From: Burkholderiales bacterium
GTDB taxonomy: Bacteria > Pseudomonadota > Gammaproteobacteria > Burkholderiales > SG8-39
Length of the DNA stretch: 64,000 nt
NCBI GenBank assembly: GCA_044870335.1
Contig: JBIOYV010000102.1
Location: forward strand, 2,477-66,476
Direction: 5' to 3'
The translations under genes were made by a program, and so were the position numbers. Position 1 is the stretch's first letter. Each line of letters starts with the position of its first letter. Shown here piece by piece: positions 32,536 through 43,476 of the stretch. The notes under the pieces are model-generated. The model was not told where the DNA came from and did no database searches. It worked only from the letters and a program-made list of their open reading frames with translations.

Positions 32536-33879
32536 ATGTGGACTGTAGCGCAGCTTGGCCCCGATCTGGATGCCGGCCGGACCTCGAGCCGGGAGTTGGT
32601 GGAGCAGGCGCTTGCGCGCATCGCGGAGCAAAGCGGCGAGGGCGCCCGGGCGTTCCTGAAGGTCTATGCCGACGCGGCGCGCGCCGACGCCGCTCACGCC
32701 GACCGGCTGCGCAAGGCCGGCGTGCGCCGCTCGGCGGTCGACGGCCTGCCGGTGTCGCTGAAAGACCTCTTCGATGTCGCCGGCGACGTGACCACGGCCG
32801 GATCGAAGATTCGCATCAATGAGCCCAAAGCAATTCGTGACGCGCCTGCGGTCGCCCGGTTGCGGGCGGCCGGCGCGGTCTTCGTCGGCCGCACCAACAT
32901 GGTCGAGTTCGCGTTCGGCGGGGTGGGCTTCAATCCACACTACGGCACGCCGAGAAACCCATACCAGCGCAAGGTCGGCCGGGTGCCGGGCGGCTCGTCC
33001 TCCGGCGCCGCCGTGGCCCAGGCCGACGCGATGGCGGTGATGTCGCTCGGCTCGGATACGCGCGGCTCGATCCGAGGGCCGGCGGCGCTGTGCGGCGTGA
33101 CCGGGTGGAAACCCACGGCGCGGCGCGTGCCCCGGGAGGGCGCGTTTCCGCTTTCGTTCACCCTCGATTCGGTGGGTCCAATCGCCAATTCGGTCGCCTG
33201 CTGCGCCGCTTACGACGCGATCCTCGCCGGAGAGCCCGATCGCCCGCTGGCGCCGCTGCAGGCGAAGGGCCTGCGGCTCCTCCTGCCGCGCTCCTCGGCC
33301 CTCGACGAGCTCGACAAGGACGTCGCGGCCGCTTTCGAGGCTTCGCTCAAGACCCTTTCAAGGAAAGGCGCAGCGCTCGAGGAGCGGCCGGTGCCGCAGT
33401 TCGACCGGCAGGGCGATTATTTCAAGGGCGGCGGCTACGCCGGGGCGGAGGCCTACCACATTCATCGTGCGGAAGAGGCCCGCATCGGCGAATTCGACCC
33501 GCGCGTGGGCAAGCGCATCCTCATGGGCAGGAACCTCACCGCTTCGGACTATCTCGCCCTGGGCGATCTGCGGGTCGAATTCATGAGAGAGGTCGAGGCG
33601 CTCGCGGCGGGTTTCGACGCGATCCTGATGCCGACGGTGCCGTGCATCGCGCCGACGATCGCCGAAGCCGATGCCAGCGACGAGGATTACTTCCGCTGGA
33701 ACATGCGCATCCTGCGCAACAACGGCCTCATCAACTTCCTCGATGGCTGCGCGGCGTCGCTGCCATGCCACGAGCCCGACGGCGCGCCGGTCGGGCTCAT
33801 GGTCTGCGGCGTCGGGGGCAGCGACCGCCATACGCTGGCAGTCTCGGCGGCCATTGAGCGCGCGCTCGCCCGGGATTGA
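32536..33879 (+). CDS. Amidase signature family protein
   Basis: SLKDLFD, PGGSSSG, GSDTRGSIR. Confidence 0.92.
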   Translation: MWTVAQLGPDLDAGRTSSRELVEQALARIAEQSGEGARAFLKVYADAARADAAHADRLRKAGVRRSAVDGLPVSLKDLFDVAGDVTTAGSKIRINEPKAIRDAPAVARLRAAGAVFVGRTNMVEFAFGGVGFNPHYGTPRNPYQRKVGRVPGGSSSGAAVAQADAMAVMSLGSDTRGSIRGPAALCGVTGWKPTARRVPREGAFPLSFTLDSVGPIANSVACCAAYDAILAGEPDRPLAPLQAKGLRLLLPRSSALDELDKDVAAAFEASLKTLSRKGAALEERPVPQFDRQGDYFKGGGYAGAEAYHIHRAEEARIGEFDPRVGKRILMGRNLTASDYLALGDLRVEFMREVEALAAGFDAILMPTVPCIAPTIAEADASDEDYFRWNMRILRNNGLINFLDGCAASLPCHEPDGAPVGLMVCGVGGSDRHTLAVSAAIERALARD

Positions 33880-34672
33880 CAGCCGCGCGGCGCGCCGCCG
33901 TTTCGAGCGCTCCGCCGGCACCTATCCGAAGTTCGCGCGGCTCGAGAGCGAGGTCTTCGCGCGCATGCTCGAGCGACTGGATTACATCCGGCTCGAGCCG
34001 GCGCGCGTGCTCGACGCGGGGAGCGGTCCGCCGCGCCGGGAGTTGCGCAGGCGCTATCCGCGCGCGATGGCGATCGCGCTCGATTTTTCCCTGGCGATGC
34101 TTCCCCGGCCCGGCCTGCTGGCGCGGCTCACCGGCTCGAGCCAAGTCGGTGTGTGTGCCGACATGCAGAGCCTGCCGCTCGCCGATGCGTCGGTCGACCT
34201 GGTCTGGTCGAACATGGCGCTGCACTGGCTGTCGGATCCGCTGCCCGCGCTGCGCGAGTTCCGCCGCGTGCTGGCGCCGAACGGCTTGCTCATGTTCAGC
34301 ACGCTCGGCCCCGATTCGCTGAAGGAGCTGCGCGCCGGCGCCGGGGAGCGCAGGGTGCACGCCTTCATCGACATGCACGACGTGGGCGACATGCTGCTCG
34401 CGGCCGGTCTTGCGGCGCCGGTGATGGACATGGAGCTGATCACGCTCGAGTATCCGGACGCAGGCACGCTGCTCGACGACCTGCGCGGCAGCGGCCAGAC
34501 CAGCGTGCGCGCCGATCGGCCGAGAGGGCTCGCGGGCCGCGCGTTTGCCGAGCGCCTGCGCCGGGCGCTCGGCGACAAGCCGAAGGCGACCTTCGAGGTC
34601 GTCTACGGCCACGCCTGGCGCGCGCCCAGCCCGGATGTGAAAACAGTTCGTGTTTTCAAGAACATTTCTTGA
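33854..34672 (+). CDS. bioC: BioC-like SAM methyltransferase
   Basis: LDAGSG, WSNMALHW, STLGP, DMHDVGD, EVVYGHAW; start approximate (TTG). Confidence 0.8.
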   Translation: MSARSPGIDSRAARRRFERSAGTYPKFARLESEVFARMLERLDYIRLEPARVLDAGSGPPRRELRRRYPRAMAIALDFSLAMLPRPGLLARLTGSSQVGVCADMQSLPLADASVDLVWSNMALHWLSDPLPALREFRRVLAPNGLLMFSTLGPDSLKELRAGAGERRVHAFIDMHDVGDMLLAAGLAAPVMDMELITLEYPDAGTLLDDLRGSGQTSVRADRPRGLAGRAFAERLRRALGDKPKATFEVVYGHAWRAPSPDVKTVRVFKNIS

Positions 34673-34705
34673 GGGCGCGCGTTCACCTGTGCTATTTTTG
34701 CAGGC

Positions 34706-35185
34706 TTGTTAAGCATCCCTCGAGAACCGGCGCGCGAGTTGCCGTTCCGCGACGGGAATGCCGGCTTCAGCCTGACCCTCAAGCGCAACTGCTCGACTTC
34801 TCCGGCTGGACTTGCCGGCGTGTTCGCGGCGCTGGCGTGCGTGGTGGTCGCGATCGGCGTGGGCTTCGCCGTCGTCGGCGCGTGGCTGGTGCTGCCGTTC
34901 GCGGGCCTGGAGGTGCTGCTGCTCGGCTCGGCCTACGTGGTGTATGCGCGACGCGCGGCGGACTACGAGCGAATCGTACTGGATTCGGGGCGGTTGACGG
35001 TGGAAGTTGGACAGGCGCAGAAGACGTCGCGCTACGAAATGGATGCGTGCCGGGCGCGGGTGCGCCTCGAAGAGGAACGCGTGCTGCTGCTGGGGGCGCG
35101 GGAACAACTTGAGCTGGGGCGGCACCTCGACGCGGACAGCCGCGCGCGGTTTGCCGACGAGCTGCAGAAGAGACTGCGGATCTGA
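34706..35185 (+). CDS. DUF2244 membrane protein
   Basis: KRNCS, GAWLVLPFAGLE, DYERI; usual position upstream of coxB. Confidence 0.8.
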   Translation: MLSIPREPARELPFRDGNAGFSLTLKRNCSTSPAGLAGVFAALACVVVAIGVGFAVVGAWLVLPFAGLEVLLLGSAYVVYARRAADYERIVLDSGRLTVEVGQAQKTSRYEMDACRARVRLEEERVLLLGAREQLELGRHLDADSRARFADELQKRLRI

Positions 35186-35202
35186 TTCGGGGAACCAACA
35201 AC

Positions 35203-36327
35203 ATGCGGGGAACGAAAGTCATTCAAGCCCTGGCCGGCCTCGCCGGGCTCGGCATCTGCGGCTCGGCGCACGCGCTCGAATGGTATTTCCAGGAGCCGGG
35301 ATCGAGGCTCGCGTCCGACATCGACTGGCTGCACCAGCTCGTGATGTGGCTCATCATCGCCATCTTCGCGGTGGTGTTCGGCGCCATGTTTTACGCCTGC
35401 TATGCGCACCGCAAGTCGAAGGGCCACAAGGCCGAGCAGTTCCACGAGAACACCGCGGTCGAGCTCATCTGGACCGTCATCCCGGCGATCATCCTGGTGG
35501 CGATCGCCTGGCCGGCGACGAAAGTGGTGATCGCGCAGAAGGACACCTCGGCGCCCGATCTCACCATCAAGGTGACCGGCTACCAGTGGAAGTGGGGCTA
35601 CGACTACGTGAAGGGCGAGGGCGAGGGCATCAGCTTCCTCTCGACGCTCGCCACCCCGCGCGCACAGATCGAGGGCCGCGAGCCGAAGGGCGAGCACTAC
35701 CTCCTCGAGGTCGACAACGAGCTGGTGGTGCCGATCGGCAAGAAGATCCGCGTCATCACCACCGCCGCCGACGTGGTCCATTCGTGGTGGGTGCCGGCGT
35801 TCGGCGCCAAGCAGGACGCGATCCCCGGCTTCCTGCGCGACCTCTGGTTCCGCCCCGAGAAGACCGGGACGTTCCGCAGCCAATGCGTGGAGCTCTGCGG
35901 CAAGGAGCACGGCTTCATGCCGATCGTGGTGCGCGTGGTTTCCGCCGAGGATTACACGCAGTGGGTGGCGCAGTTCAAGGCGAAGGCCGAAAAGTCCGCC
36001 GCTGGCGACACGCGAAATCTTTCGACTCAAGAGCTGATGCAGCGCGGTGAGAAGGTCTATACGGAGAACTGCGTTGCCTGCCACCAGGCACAGGGGCAGG
36101 GCACGCCGGCCATGAAGGCACCGGCGCTGGCGGGCTCCAAGATCGCCACCGGGCCGAAGGAGGCGCACATCGATACTGTGCTGCAGGGCAAGGCAAATAC
36201 CGCGATGCAGTCGTTCAAGGCGCTCGGCAACGCCGATCTCGCCGCGGTCATCACGTACGAGCGCAATTCCTGGGGGAACAAGGGCGGCGAAGTGCAGCCG
36301 GCCGAGGTTGCCGCCCGCCGCAAATAG
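35203..36327 (+). CDS. coxB: Cytochrome c oxidase subunit II with C-terminal cytochrome c
   Basis: [18 protein letters not shown] (CuA site), CVACH. Confidence 0.97.
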   Translation: MRGTKVIQALAGLAGLGICGSAHALEWYFQEPGSRLASDIDWLHQLVMWLIIAIFAVVFGAMFYACYAHRKSKGHKAEQFHENTAVELIWTVIPAIILVAIAWPATKVVIAQKDTSAPDLTIKVTGYQWKWGYDYVKGEGEGISFLSTLATPRAQIEGREPKGEHYLLEVDNELVVPIGKKIRVITTAADVVHSWWVPAFGAKQDAIPGFLRDLWFRPEKTGTFRSQCVELCGKEHGFMPIVVRVVSAEDYTQWVAQFKAKAEKSAAGDTRNLSTQELMQRGEKVYTENCVACHQAQGQGTPAMKAPALAGSKIATGPKEAHIDTVLQGKANTAMQSFKALGNADLAAVITYERNSWGNKGGEVQPAEVAARRK

Positions 36328-36343
36328 AGCTTTGGAGAACCAC

Positions 36344-37957
36344 ATGAGCGCAATCATCGACAACCACGCCGCCGGACGTGATGCGGCACACGATCACGGC
36401 CACGGCGATCATCACGGCCCGTACGGCGGGATCATGCGCTGGATCACCACCACCAACCACAAGGACATCGGCACGCTGTACCTGTGGTTCAGCTTCATCA
36501 TGTTCTCGGTCGGCGGGGTGATGGCGCTGGTCATCCGCACGGAGCTGTTCTCGCCGGGGCTGCAGATCGTGAACCCGGACTTCTTCAACCAGATGACCAC
36601 CATGCATGGGCTCATCATGGTGTTCGGCGCCATCATGCCGGTGTTCGTCGGCTTCGCGAACTGGCAGATCCCGATGATGATCGGCGCGCCCGACATGGCG
36701 TTCGCGCGCCTCAACAACTGGTCGTTCTGGCTGCTGCCCTTCGCCGCGACCTTGCTGATGCTCTCGTTCTTCATGCCCGGCGGCGCGCCGGGCGTGGGCT
36801 GGACCATGTACTCGCCGCTCACGGTGCAGATGGGCATCGGCATGGACCTGACCATCTTCGCCGTGCACCTGCTGGGGATGAGCTCGATCCTCGGCTCGAT
36901 CAACATCATCACCACCATCCTCAATCTGCGCGCACCGGGCATGACGCTGATGCGCATGCCGCTCTTCGTCTGGACGTGGCTCATCACCGCCTACCTGCTG
37001 GTCGCGGCGATGCCGGTGCTCGCCGGCGCCGTCACCATGACGCTCACCGACCGGCACTTCGGCACCACCTTCTTCAACGCCGCCGGCGGCGGCGACCCGG
37101 TGCTCTACCAGCACATCTTCTGGTTCTTCGGCCACCCCGAGGTGTACATCATCGCGCTGCCGGGGTTCGGCGTGATCTCGCAGGTCATCCCGGCGTTCTC
37201 CCGCAAGCCGCTCTTCGGCTACGCCTCGATGGTCTACGCCACCTCGGCGATCGCGATCCTGTCGTTCATCGTCTGGGCGCACCACATGTACACGGTCGGC
37301 ATGCCGGTGACCGGCCAGCTGTTCTTCATGTACGCCACGATCCTCATTGCCGTGCCCACGGGCGTGAAGGTGTTCAACTGGGTGACGACGATGTGGAAGG
37401 GCTCGCTCACCTTCGAGACGCCGATGCTCTTCGCCTGCGGCTTCCTCTTCATGTTCACGCTCGGCGGCTTTACCGGCCTGGTGCTCGCGCTGGTGCCGAT
37501 CGACATCCAGCTGCACGACACCTATTACGTGGTGGCGCACTTCCATTACGTGATGGTGGCGGGCGCGCTGTTCGCGGCGTTCGCCGGCGTCTATTTCTGG
37601 ATTCCGAAATGGACCGGGCGCATGTACAACGAGACGCTCGGCACGGTCCACTTCTGGCTGACGATGATCTTCTTCAACATGATCTTCTTCGTGCAGCATT
37701 TCCTCGGCATGGCGGGCATGCCGCGGCGCATTCCCGACTACCCGCTGATGTTCGAGACCTGGAACAAGATCTCGACCATCGGCGCCTTCGGCATGGGCCT
37801 GGCGCAGATCCTGTTCTTCTACATCGTGGTCGACACCATCCGCAACGGCAAGCCCGCGCCGCAGCTGCCGTGGGAAGGCGCGGATTCCCTGGAGTGGACG
37901 CATCTGCCCACCCCGGTCCCTTACCACACCTTCGAAACTCAACCTGTCATCAAGTGA
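36344..37957 (+). CDS. coxA: Cytochrome c oxidase subunit I (A1 type)
   Basis: HKDIG, GHPEVY, WAHH, AHFHY. Confidence 0.98.
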   Translation: MSAIIDNHAAGRDAAHDHGHGDHHGPYGGIMRWITTTNHKDIGTLYLWFSFIMFSVGGVMALVIRTELFSPGLQIVNPDFFNQMTTMHGLIMVFGAIMPVFVGFANWQIPMMIGAPDMAFARLNNWSFWLLPFAATLLMLSFFMPGGAPGVGWTMYSPLTVQMGIGMDLTIFAVHLLGMSSILGSINIITTILNLRAPGMTLMRMPLFVWTWLITAYLLVAAMPVLAGAVTMTLTDRHFGTTFFNAAGGGDPVLYQHIFWFFGHPEVYIIALPGFGVISQVIPAFSRKPLFGYASMVYATSAIAILSFIVWAHHMYTVGMPVTGQLFFMYATILIAVPTGVKVFNWVTTMWKGSLTFETPMLFACGFLFMFTLGGFTGLVLALVPIDIQLHDTYYVVAHFHYVMVAGALFAAFAGVYFWIPKWTGRMYNETLGTVHFWLTMIFFNMIFFVQHFLGMAGMPRRIPDYPLMFETWNKISTIGAFGMGLAQILFFYIVVDTIRNGKPAPQLPWEGADSLEWTHLPTPVPYHTFETQPVIK

Positions 37958-38046
37958 GCAAGAACGCGCGCACTGCGCTGATCCTCGCCTCGATCGCGGC
38001 GGCGTTCTTCGTCGGCATCATCGCGAAGTACTGGCTGCTGAGATGA
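37954..38046 (+). CDS. Cytochrome oxidase small assembly protein (30 aa)
   Basis: [30 protein letters not shown]; GTGA and ATGA overlaps on either side. Confidence 0.75.
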   Translation: MSKNARTALILASIAAAFFVGIIAKYWLLR

Positions 38047-38576
38047 CGCGCGAGCGCCAGAACCGCAGGCTCTTCGCGCGGCTCGCGCTGGTGGCGCTCG
38101 GCATGTTCGGCTTCGGCTACGCGCTGGTGCCGTTCTACTACCAGATCTGCGAAGCCTGGGGCATCTACTCGCTCGGGGAGACGCGCGCCGCGAACGTCAA
38201 CACGCAGATCGACGCGAGCCGCACCGTGACGATCGAGTTCGACGCCAACGCGCGCAACCTGCCGTGGCGCTTCCGCCCGCTCGTCAGCCACGTGCAGGTG
38301 CATCCGGGGGAGCTCGCCACGGTCGAGTACGAGGTGGTGAACACCCGCGGCGAACCGGTCACCGGCCAGGCCGTGCCGAGCTACGGCCCGCCTTACGCCG
38401 GCGAGTACTTCAACAAGATCGAGTGCTTCTGCTTCAGGCAGCAGACGCTCGCGCCCGGCGAGACCCGGCGCATGCCGGTGACCTTCGTGGTCGATCCGAA
38501 GCTGCCCGCGGGCGTCAGCAGCATCGCGCTCTCGTACACCTTCTTCGAGGTGGCGGGGCGCGGAGGAAAGTTGTGA
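38043..38576 (+). CDS. ctaG: Cox11/CtaG copper chaperone
   Basis: VPFYYQIC, KIECFCF, LSYTFF. Confidence 0.94.
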   Translation: MTRERQNRRLFARLALVALGMFGFGYALVPFYYQICEAWGIYSLGETRAANVNTQIDASRTVTIEFDANARNLPWRFRPLVSHVQVHPGELATVEYEVVNTRGEPVTGQAVPSYGPPYAGEYFNKIECFCFRQQTLAPGETRRMPVTFVVDPKLPAGVSSIALSYTFFEVAGRGGKL

Positions 38577-38740
38577 TGGAGGTGATCAAGATGGTGCTCT
38601 CGGGCGCCCTCGGCATCCGCCGCAAGTCGTCCCACGAGCGCGCCAGGGTGCATCCCTGGCAGCTCGCGATCGCGGCGGTGGTGTTCGTATTGCTCTTCAT
38701 CCTTGCAATCCGCACCGTGGTCCACTTTGTGACGAGTTAA
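38576..38740 (+). CDS. DUF2970-like small membrane protein
   Basis: MEVIKMVLSGALGIRRK, then one TM helix; cox operon position. Confidence 0.7.
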   Translation: MEVIKMVLSGALGIRRKSSHERARVHPWQLAIAAVVFVLLFILAIRTVVHFVTS

Positions 38741-38754
38741 GGGAGAACCAGAAC

Positions 38755-39657
38755 ATGGCGCACAGCGCCCCTCACACCACCGCCCACGGCGGGCACGGCC
38801 CCGCGGCCCACGGCCGGCAAAGCCACTACGCGGTGCCGCAGCCGATGCCCTGGCCGATCATGGGCTCGGCTTCGCTCTTCATGATGGCGCTCGGCGCCGT
38901 GTTCGTCTTCAACGGCGCCGCCGGTGGCTGGGCCGGAATCGGCGCGGGTTTCCTGCTGCTCGTCTACATGATGGTGCGCTGGTTCGGCGAGGTGATCGGC
39001 GAGTCCGAGGCCGGCAAGTACGGCCGCTGGGAGGACGTGTCGTTCCGCTGGGGGATGAGCTTCTTCATCTTCTCGGAGGTGATGTTCTTCGGCGCCTTCT
39101 TCGGCGCGCTCTTCTGGGCGCGCGTCTATTCGGTGCCCGACCTCGCCACGCTCGAGCACCAGGCGCTCATCTGGCCGGGCTTCACCGCGCACTGGCCCTC
39201 GGCCGGCCCGGGATTCGCCGAGCAGTTCACGCCGATGGCGGCCTGGGGCCTGCCCGCGGTCAACACCATTCTCCTTCTCAGCTCGGGCGTCACCGTGACC
39301 TTCGCGCACTGGAACCTGATCGCGAACAACCGCGGCAAGCTCCTCGCATGGCTCGGTGCGACGGTCGCTCTGGGCGTGGCGTTCCTGGTGTGCCAGGGGA
39401 TCGAGTACCACCACGCGTTCACGGAGCTCAACCTCACCCTGCACACCGGGGTCTACGGCTCGACCTTCTTCATGCTGACCGGCTTCCACGGCTTCCACGT
39501 CACCATCGGCGCGATCATGCTGACGGTGATCTGGTTCCGCTGCCTGCGGGGCCACTTCAAGCCCGACCACCACTTCGCGTTCGAGGGCGTGGCCTGGTAC
39601 TGGCACTTCGTCGACGTGGTCTGGCTTGGGCTCTTTATTTTCGTTTACTGGCTTTAA
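38755..39657 (+). CDS. coxC: Cytochrome c oxidase subunit III
   Basis: FIFSEVMFF, TGFHGFHV, WYWHFVDVVW. Confidence 0.97.
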   Translation: MAHSAPHTTAHGGHGPAAHGRQSHYAVPQPMPWPIMGSASLFMMALGAVFVFNGAAGGWAGIGAGFLLLVYMMVRWFGEVIGESEAGKYGRWEDVSFRWGMSFFIFSEVMFFGAFFGALFWARVYSVPDLATLEHQALIWPGFTAHWPSAGPGFAEQFTPMAAWGLPAVNTILLLSSGVTVTFAHWNLIANNRGKLLAWLGATVALGVAFLVCQGIEYHHAFTELNLTLHTGVYGSTFFMLTGFHGFHVTIGAIMLTVIWFRCLRGHFKPDHHFAFEGVAWYWHFVDVVWLGLFIFVYWL

Positions 39658-39848
39658 AGCCTGCCCGGGATCAGCCCGAAGTAGTAGCCGGCCATCAGCA
39701 TCAGGAAAAGGGTCACCGAAAGACCGACCCGCAGCGCGAGCGCCTTCACCATGCGCTTTCCCTGCCCGCGGTCGCGGAACATGAAAACCGCAGCGGAAGC
39801 GAGGCTGGCGATGATCGCGAGCAGCATGGCGATCACGACGTAGCGCAT
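39654..39848 (-). CDS. Twin-TM small protein (DUF2909-like)
   Basis: SLASAAVFMFRD, LALRVGLS; conserved antisense position after coxC. Confidence 0.8.
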   Translation of the reverse strand: MRYVVIAMLLAIIASLASAAVFMFRDRGQGKRMVKALALRVGLSVTLFLMLMAGYYFGLIPGRL

Positions 39849-40551
39849 GCCCGCAGGATACTCTTTCCGTCCGCGCGCATGGGCGTTCGCCGCCGCCGCG
39901 GCGGCTTGCGCGGCGGGCATCGCGCTCGGCCATTGGCAGGCCGGCCGCGCCGATGAAAAGCGCGCCCTCGGCGCGCGCCTCGAGCAGGCCTTCAAGGCGC
40001 CGCCGCTCGAGATTCCCGACGGGAGAATCGATCCGCGCGACTACATCATGAAGCATGTCGCGGCGCGCGGGCGCTTCGCGGACGAGCACACCGTCTACCT
40101 CGACAACAAGCTGCGCCACGGGCGGCCGGGGTACGAGGTGGTGACGCCGCTGCGCCTCGACGGCGTATGCGTGCTTGTCAATCGCGGCTGGGTCGATGCG
40201 GGCAGCACGCGGGCGCTGCTGCCGCGGGTGCCGGCGCCGGCGGGCGAAGTGCGGGTCGAAGGCCTCGGCCTCGCGCGGCTTCCACATGCTCTCGAGCTCG
40301 GCGCGCCCGAGCCCGGGAAAGTTCGTCAGAACGTCGACCTGCCCGGCTTTGAAAAGGAAACCGGCCTACGCCTTCAGCCCATCGTGATCGAGCAGCATTC
40401 GCCGGCGCCCGACGGCCTGACGCGCGACTGGCCGCGCCCCGACGCGGGAATCGAGAAGCACGAAGGCTATGCGCTGCAGTGGTATTCGCTCGCCGCGCTC
40501 GCCGTGGTCCTTTTCGTCGCATTGTCGTTCCGCCGTGCCGGCGCGCCTTAA
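39847..40551 (+). CDS. SURF1/Shy1 family protein
   Basis: LGHWQAGR, GYEVVTP, VNRGW, HEGYALQWY. Confidence 0.92.
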   Translation: MPAGYSFRPRAWAFAAAAAACAAGIALGHWQAGRADEKRALGARLEQAFKAPPLEIPDGRIDPRDYIMKHVAARGRFADEHTVYLDNKLRHGRPGYEVVTPLRLDGVCVLVNRGWVDAGSTRALLPRVPAPAGEVRVEGLGLARLPHALELGAPEPGKVRQNVDLPGFEKETGLRLQPIVIEQHSPAPDGLTRDWPRPDAGIEKHEGYALQWYSLAALAVVLFVALSFRRAGAP

Positions 40552-41047
40552 GCTCGTCGCCGTGCTCCTGGTTTGCGCGTCCCCCTTCGTGCTTGCCTGG
40601 GCGGCGTGGCACTTCAAGTGGGGCACCGGCAGCGCCGGCAACTACGGCGAGCTGATTGCGCCACAGCCGCGCAGCGAGCCTGCGCTTCAGGAGCTGCGCG
40701 GCAAGTGGGTGCTCGTCACCTTCGATGCGGCCGCCTGCGATGCCTACTGCCAGCGCAAGCTGTACTTCATGCGGCAGGTTCGCACCGCGCAGGGAAAGGA
40801 CCAGTCCCGCATCGAGCGCATGTGGGTGATCACCGACGGCGGCGCGCCGCGCCCGGAGCTGCTCGCCGCGATCGAGGGCACGCGCATTACGCGGGTCAGG
40901 GTCGACGGATTCCCGGGAGACCCCGTGGATCACATCTATCTGGTCGATCCGCTCGGCAACCTGATGATGCGATTTCCGCGCGACCCCGATCCTTCGAAGA
41001 TGCTGAAGGACCTGCAGCGGCTCATGAAGTACTCGCAGGTCGGCTGA
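40535..41047 (+). CDS. Thioredoxin-like cox assembly membrane protein
   Basis: NYGELI, CDAYC, VDPLGNLMMRF. Confidence 0.8.
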   Translation: MPARLKLVAVLLVCASPFVLAWAAWHFKWGTGSAGNYGELIAPQPRSEPALQELRGKWVLVTFDAAACDAYCQRKLYFMRQVRTAQGKDQSRIERMWVITDGGAPRPELLAAIEGTRITRVRVDGFPGDPVDHIYLVDPLGNLMMRFPRDPDPSKMLKDLQRLMKYSQVG

Positions 41048-41985
41048 TGCGCAGCCTCGCGCTCGCCGCGGCTGCGCTCGCCTTCATCGTGGTGGTCGTG
41101 GGCGCCTATGTGCGCCTCTCGGACGCGGGCCTGGGGTGCCCCGACTGGCCGCTGTGCTACGGCCGGCCGGTGCCCTCCGATATTGCAGACGGGGATGCGC
41201 TTGCCAAGGCATGGAAGGAAATGGGCCACCGCTACCTGGCCGGTACCCTCGGCGCTCTCGTCCTGGGGGCAACTTTCTGGTCGTGGAAAGCAAGGCGCTC
41301 GCGCGGGTTGGTCAGCTCGATCCTCGCGCTGGTGCTCCTCCAGGCCACGCTCGGCGCGTGGACCGTGACGATGCTGCTCAAGCCGGCGATCGTCACGGCC
41401 CACCTGCTGGGCGGCCTGGCCATCCTCGGCGCGCTGACTTGGCTCGCCATGTCGCAGCTCCGCCTTCCTCCGATGCCGCAGGCGCACCGGCTCCGCATCC
41501 CGGCGGCGTTCGGCCTTTCGGTGCTGGCGCTGCAGACCGCGCTCGGCGGCTGGGTCAGCTCCAACTATGCGGCGCTCGCCTGCCCGGACCTGCCGCTGTG
41601 CCTGGGACGCGCGCTTCCGCCGATGGACTTCGGCAATGCGTTCCACGTCCTGCGCGAGCTCGGGCAGACCCCTGACGGAGATCTGCTATCGCGAGAAGCG
41701 CTCACGGCGATCCACTGGTCCCACCGCATGTTTGCCTTGATTGCCGTTGCGGTCATCGGCTGGGCGGCGTACCGAGCGAGCCGTCTCTCCAGGATCCTGG
41801 GGGTGTTGATCGCGGCGCTGCTCGCTGCCCAGTTTTCGATCGGCGTCGCGAACGTGATCGTGAGCCGGCCGCTCGCCCTGGCTGCCGCCCACAACGCGGG
41901 CGCCGCGGCTCTCCTCGTCGCGCTCGTCGTGCTAAACTTTTTCGCTTTCCGCGCCACGGGCGCGGCGCATCCCGCTTCCAGGTGA
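41047..41985 (+). CDS. ctaA: Heme A synthase (CtaA/Cox15)
   Basis: [30 protein letters not shown]. Confidence 0.93.
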   Translation: MRSLALAAAALAFIVVVVGAYVRLSDAGLGCPDWPLCYGRPVPSDIADGDALAKAWKEMGHRYLAGTLGALVLGATFWSWKARRSRGLVSSILALVLLQATLGAWTVTMLLKPAIVTAHLLGGLAILGALTWLAMSQLRLPPMPQAHRLRIPAAFGLSVLALQTALGGWVSSNYAALACPDLPLCLGRALPPMDFGNAFHVLRELGQTPDGDLLSREALTAIHWSHRMFALIAVAVIGWAAYRASRLSRILGVLIAALLAAQFSIGVANVIVSRPLALAAAHNAGAAALLVALVVLNFFAFRATGAAHPASR

Positions 41986-42869
41986 ACACCCAGGTCCTAC
42001 ACGGCAATCTCGCGCAGCAGCTGCGGGCTTTCTACGCGCTTACCAAGCCGCGCGTGGTGTCGCTCATCGTGTTCACCGCGGTGATCGGAATGTTTCTCGC
42101 GGTGCCGGGCATGGTTCCGGCGAAGGTCCTGATCGCGGGAACGCTCGGCATCGCGCTGGTAGCGGGCGCGGCGGCCGCGGTGAATTGCCTGGTCGAGCAG
42201 AAGATCGACGCTCTGATGCGCCGCACGCGCTGGCGCCCGCTGCCCCGCGGCGAGCTGACCGCGGCGCAGGCGCTCCTCTTCGCGGGCGCGCTGGGCGGCC
42301 TCGGGCTGTGGATCCTGTTCCATTTCGTCAACGCGCTCACCATGTGGCTCACCGTCGCCACCTTCACGGGCTACGCGGTGGTCTACACCGTTCTTCTGAA
42401 GCAGGCGACGCCGCAGAACATCGTGATCGGCGGCGCCTCGGGCGCGATGCCCCCGGTGCTCGGCTGGGCCGCGGCGACCGGCGCGGTGAGCATCGAGGCG
42501 ATGCTCCTCTTCCTCATCATCTTCGCGTGGACGCCGCCGCACTTCTGGGCGCTTGCCCTCTACCGCACCGAGGACTACGCCAAGGCCGGCGTGCCGATGC
42601 TGCCGGTGACGCACGGCAAGCCCTACACCCGGCTTCAGGTGCTCCTCTACACGCTGATCCTCTTTGCGGTGAGCCTGCTCCCGTTCGTCGTTCGCATGAG
42701 CGGGTGGCTCTACCTCGCCGCGGCGCTCCTCCTCGGCGGTGTGTTCCTCGCCTACGCCGTGCGCATCTGCCTCGCCTACAGCGATGCACTCGCGCAGAAG
42801 ACCTTCCGCTACTCGATCCTCTACCTTGCGCTTCTTTTCGCCGCGCTCCTGGCCGATCACTATCTGTAG
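41982..42869 (+). CDS. cyoE: Heme O synthase (protoheme IX farnesyltransferase)
   Basis: [21 protein letters not shown]. Confidence 0.96.
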   Translation: MNTQVLHGNLAQQLRAFYALTKPRVVSLIVFTAVIGMFLAVPGMVPAKVLIAGTLGIALVAGAAAAVNCLVEQKIDALMRRTRWRPLPRGELTAAQALLFAGALGGLGLWILFHFVNALTMWLTVATFTGYAVVYTVLLKQATPQNIVIGGASGAMPPVLGWAAATGAVSIEAMLLFLIIFAWTPPHFWALALYRTEDYAKAGVPMLPVTHGKPYTRLQVLLYTLILFAVSLLPFVVRMSGWLYLAAALLLGGVFLAYAVRICLAYSDALAQKTFRYSILYLALLFAALLADHYL

Positions 42870-43425
42870 GCTGGCGCTCGCCGCGGCGCTCGCCGCCGGC
42901 TGCGACGGCGGGCCGCGGTTCAAGAGCACCGACGTCACCGGGGTGGACTACGGCAAGACCCTGGAGCTCACCGATCACACCGGGCGGCCGCGCCGCCTGG
43001 AGGACTGGCGTGGCAAGGTCCTCGTGCTGTTCTTCGGCTTTACCCATTGCCCGGACGTGTGTCCGACGACGCTCGCCGACCTTTCCCAGGTCGTTAAGGA
43101 CTTGGGCCCCGACGCCGAGCGCGTCCAAGTGCTTTTCGTCACCGTCGACCCGGAGCGCGATACGCCAGAGCTGCTCGGCAAGTATGTCGGCGCTTTCGAC
43201 CCGCGCTTCCTCGGACTCTACGGCGACGCGGCCGCCACCCAGCGCGCGGCCCGCGAGTTCAAGGTGTACTACGAGAAGCGCAAGTCCGCGGACGGCTACA
43301 GCGTCGACCACAGCGGGCAGACCTACGTGATCGACCCGCAGGGGCGCCTGCGGCTTTTCGTGCGCCCCGACCGTATCGCTTCCGATCTGCCGGCTGACCT
43401 GAGGACCTTGTTGAAGGGCGCTTAG
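42862..43425 (+). CDS. SCO1/SenC copper chaperone lipoprotein
   Basis: Lipobox [24 protein letters not shown]; no ATG near the signal peptide, so start uncertain. Confidence 0.88.
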   Translation: MCRLALAAALAAGCDGGPRFKSTDVTGVDYGKTLELTDHTGRPRRLEDWRGKVLVLFFGFTHCPDVCPTTLADLSQVVKDLGPDAERVQVLFVTVDPERDTPELLGKYVGAFDPRFLGLYGDAAATQRAAREFKVYYEKRKSADGYSVDHSGQTYVIDPQGRLRLFVRPDRIASDLPADLRTLLKGA

Positions 43426-43476
43426 GGCACCATGTAATCCCGATGCACGGTACCCCACAGCCAGCTCGGAGAGCGG

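Noticed and set aside
36251-40287. Long antisense ORFs (563 and 516 aa) over cox genes, and similar ones elsewhere
   Set aside because: Expected shadow ORFs from high-GC codon bias; no domain motifs
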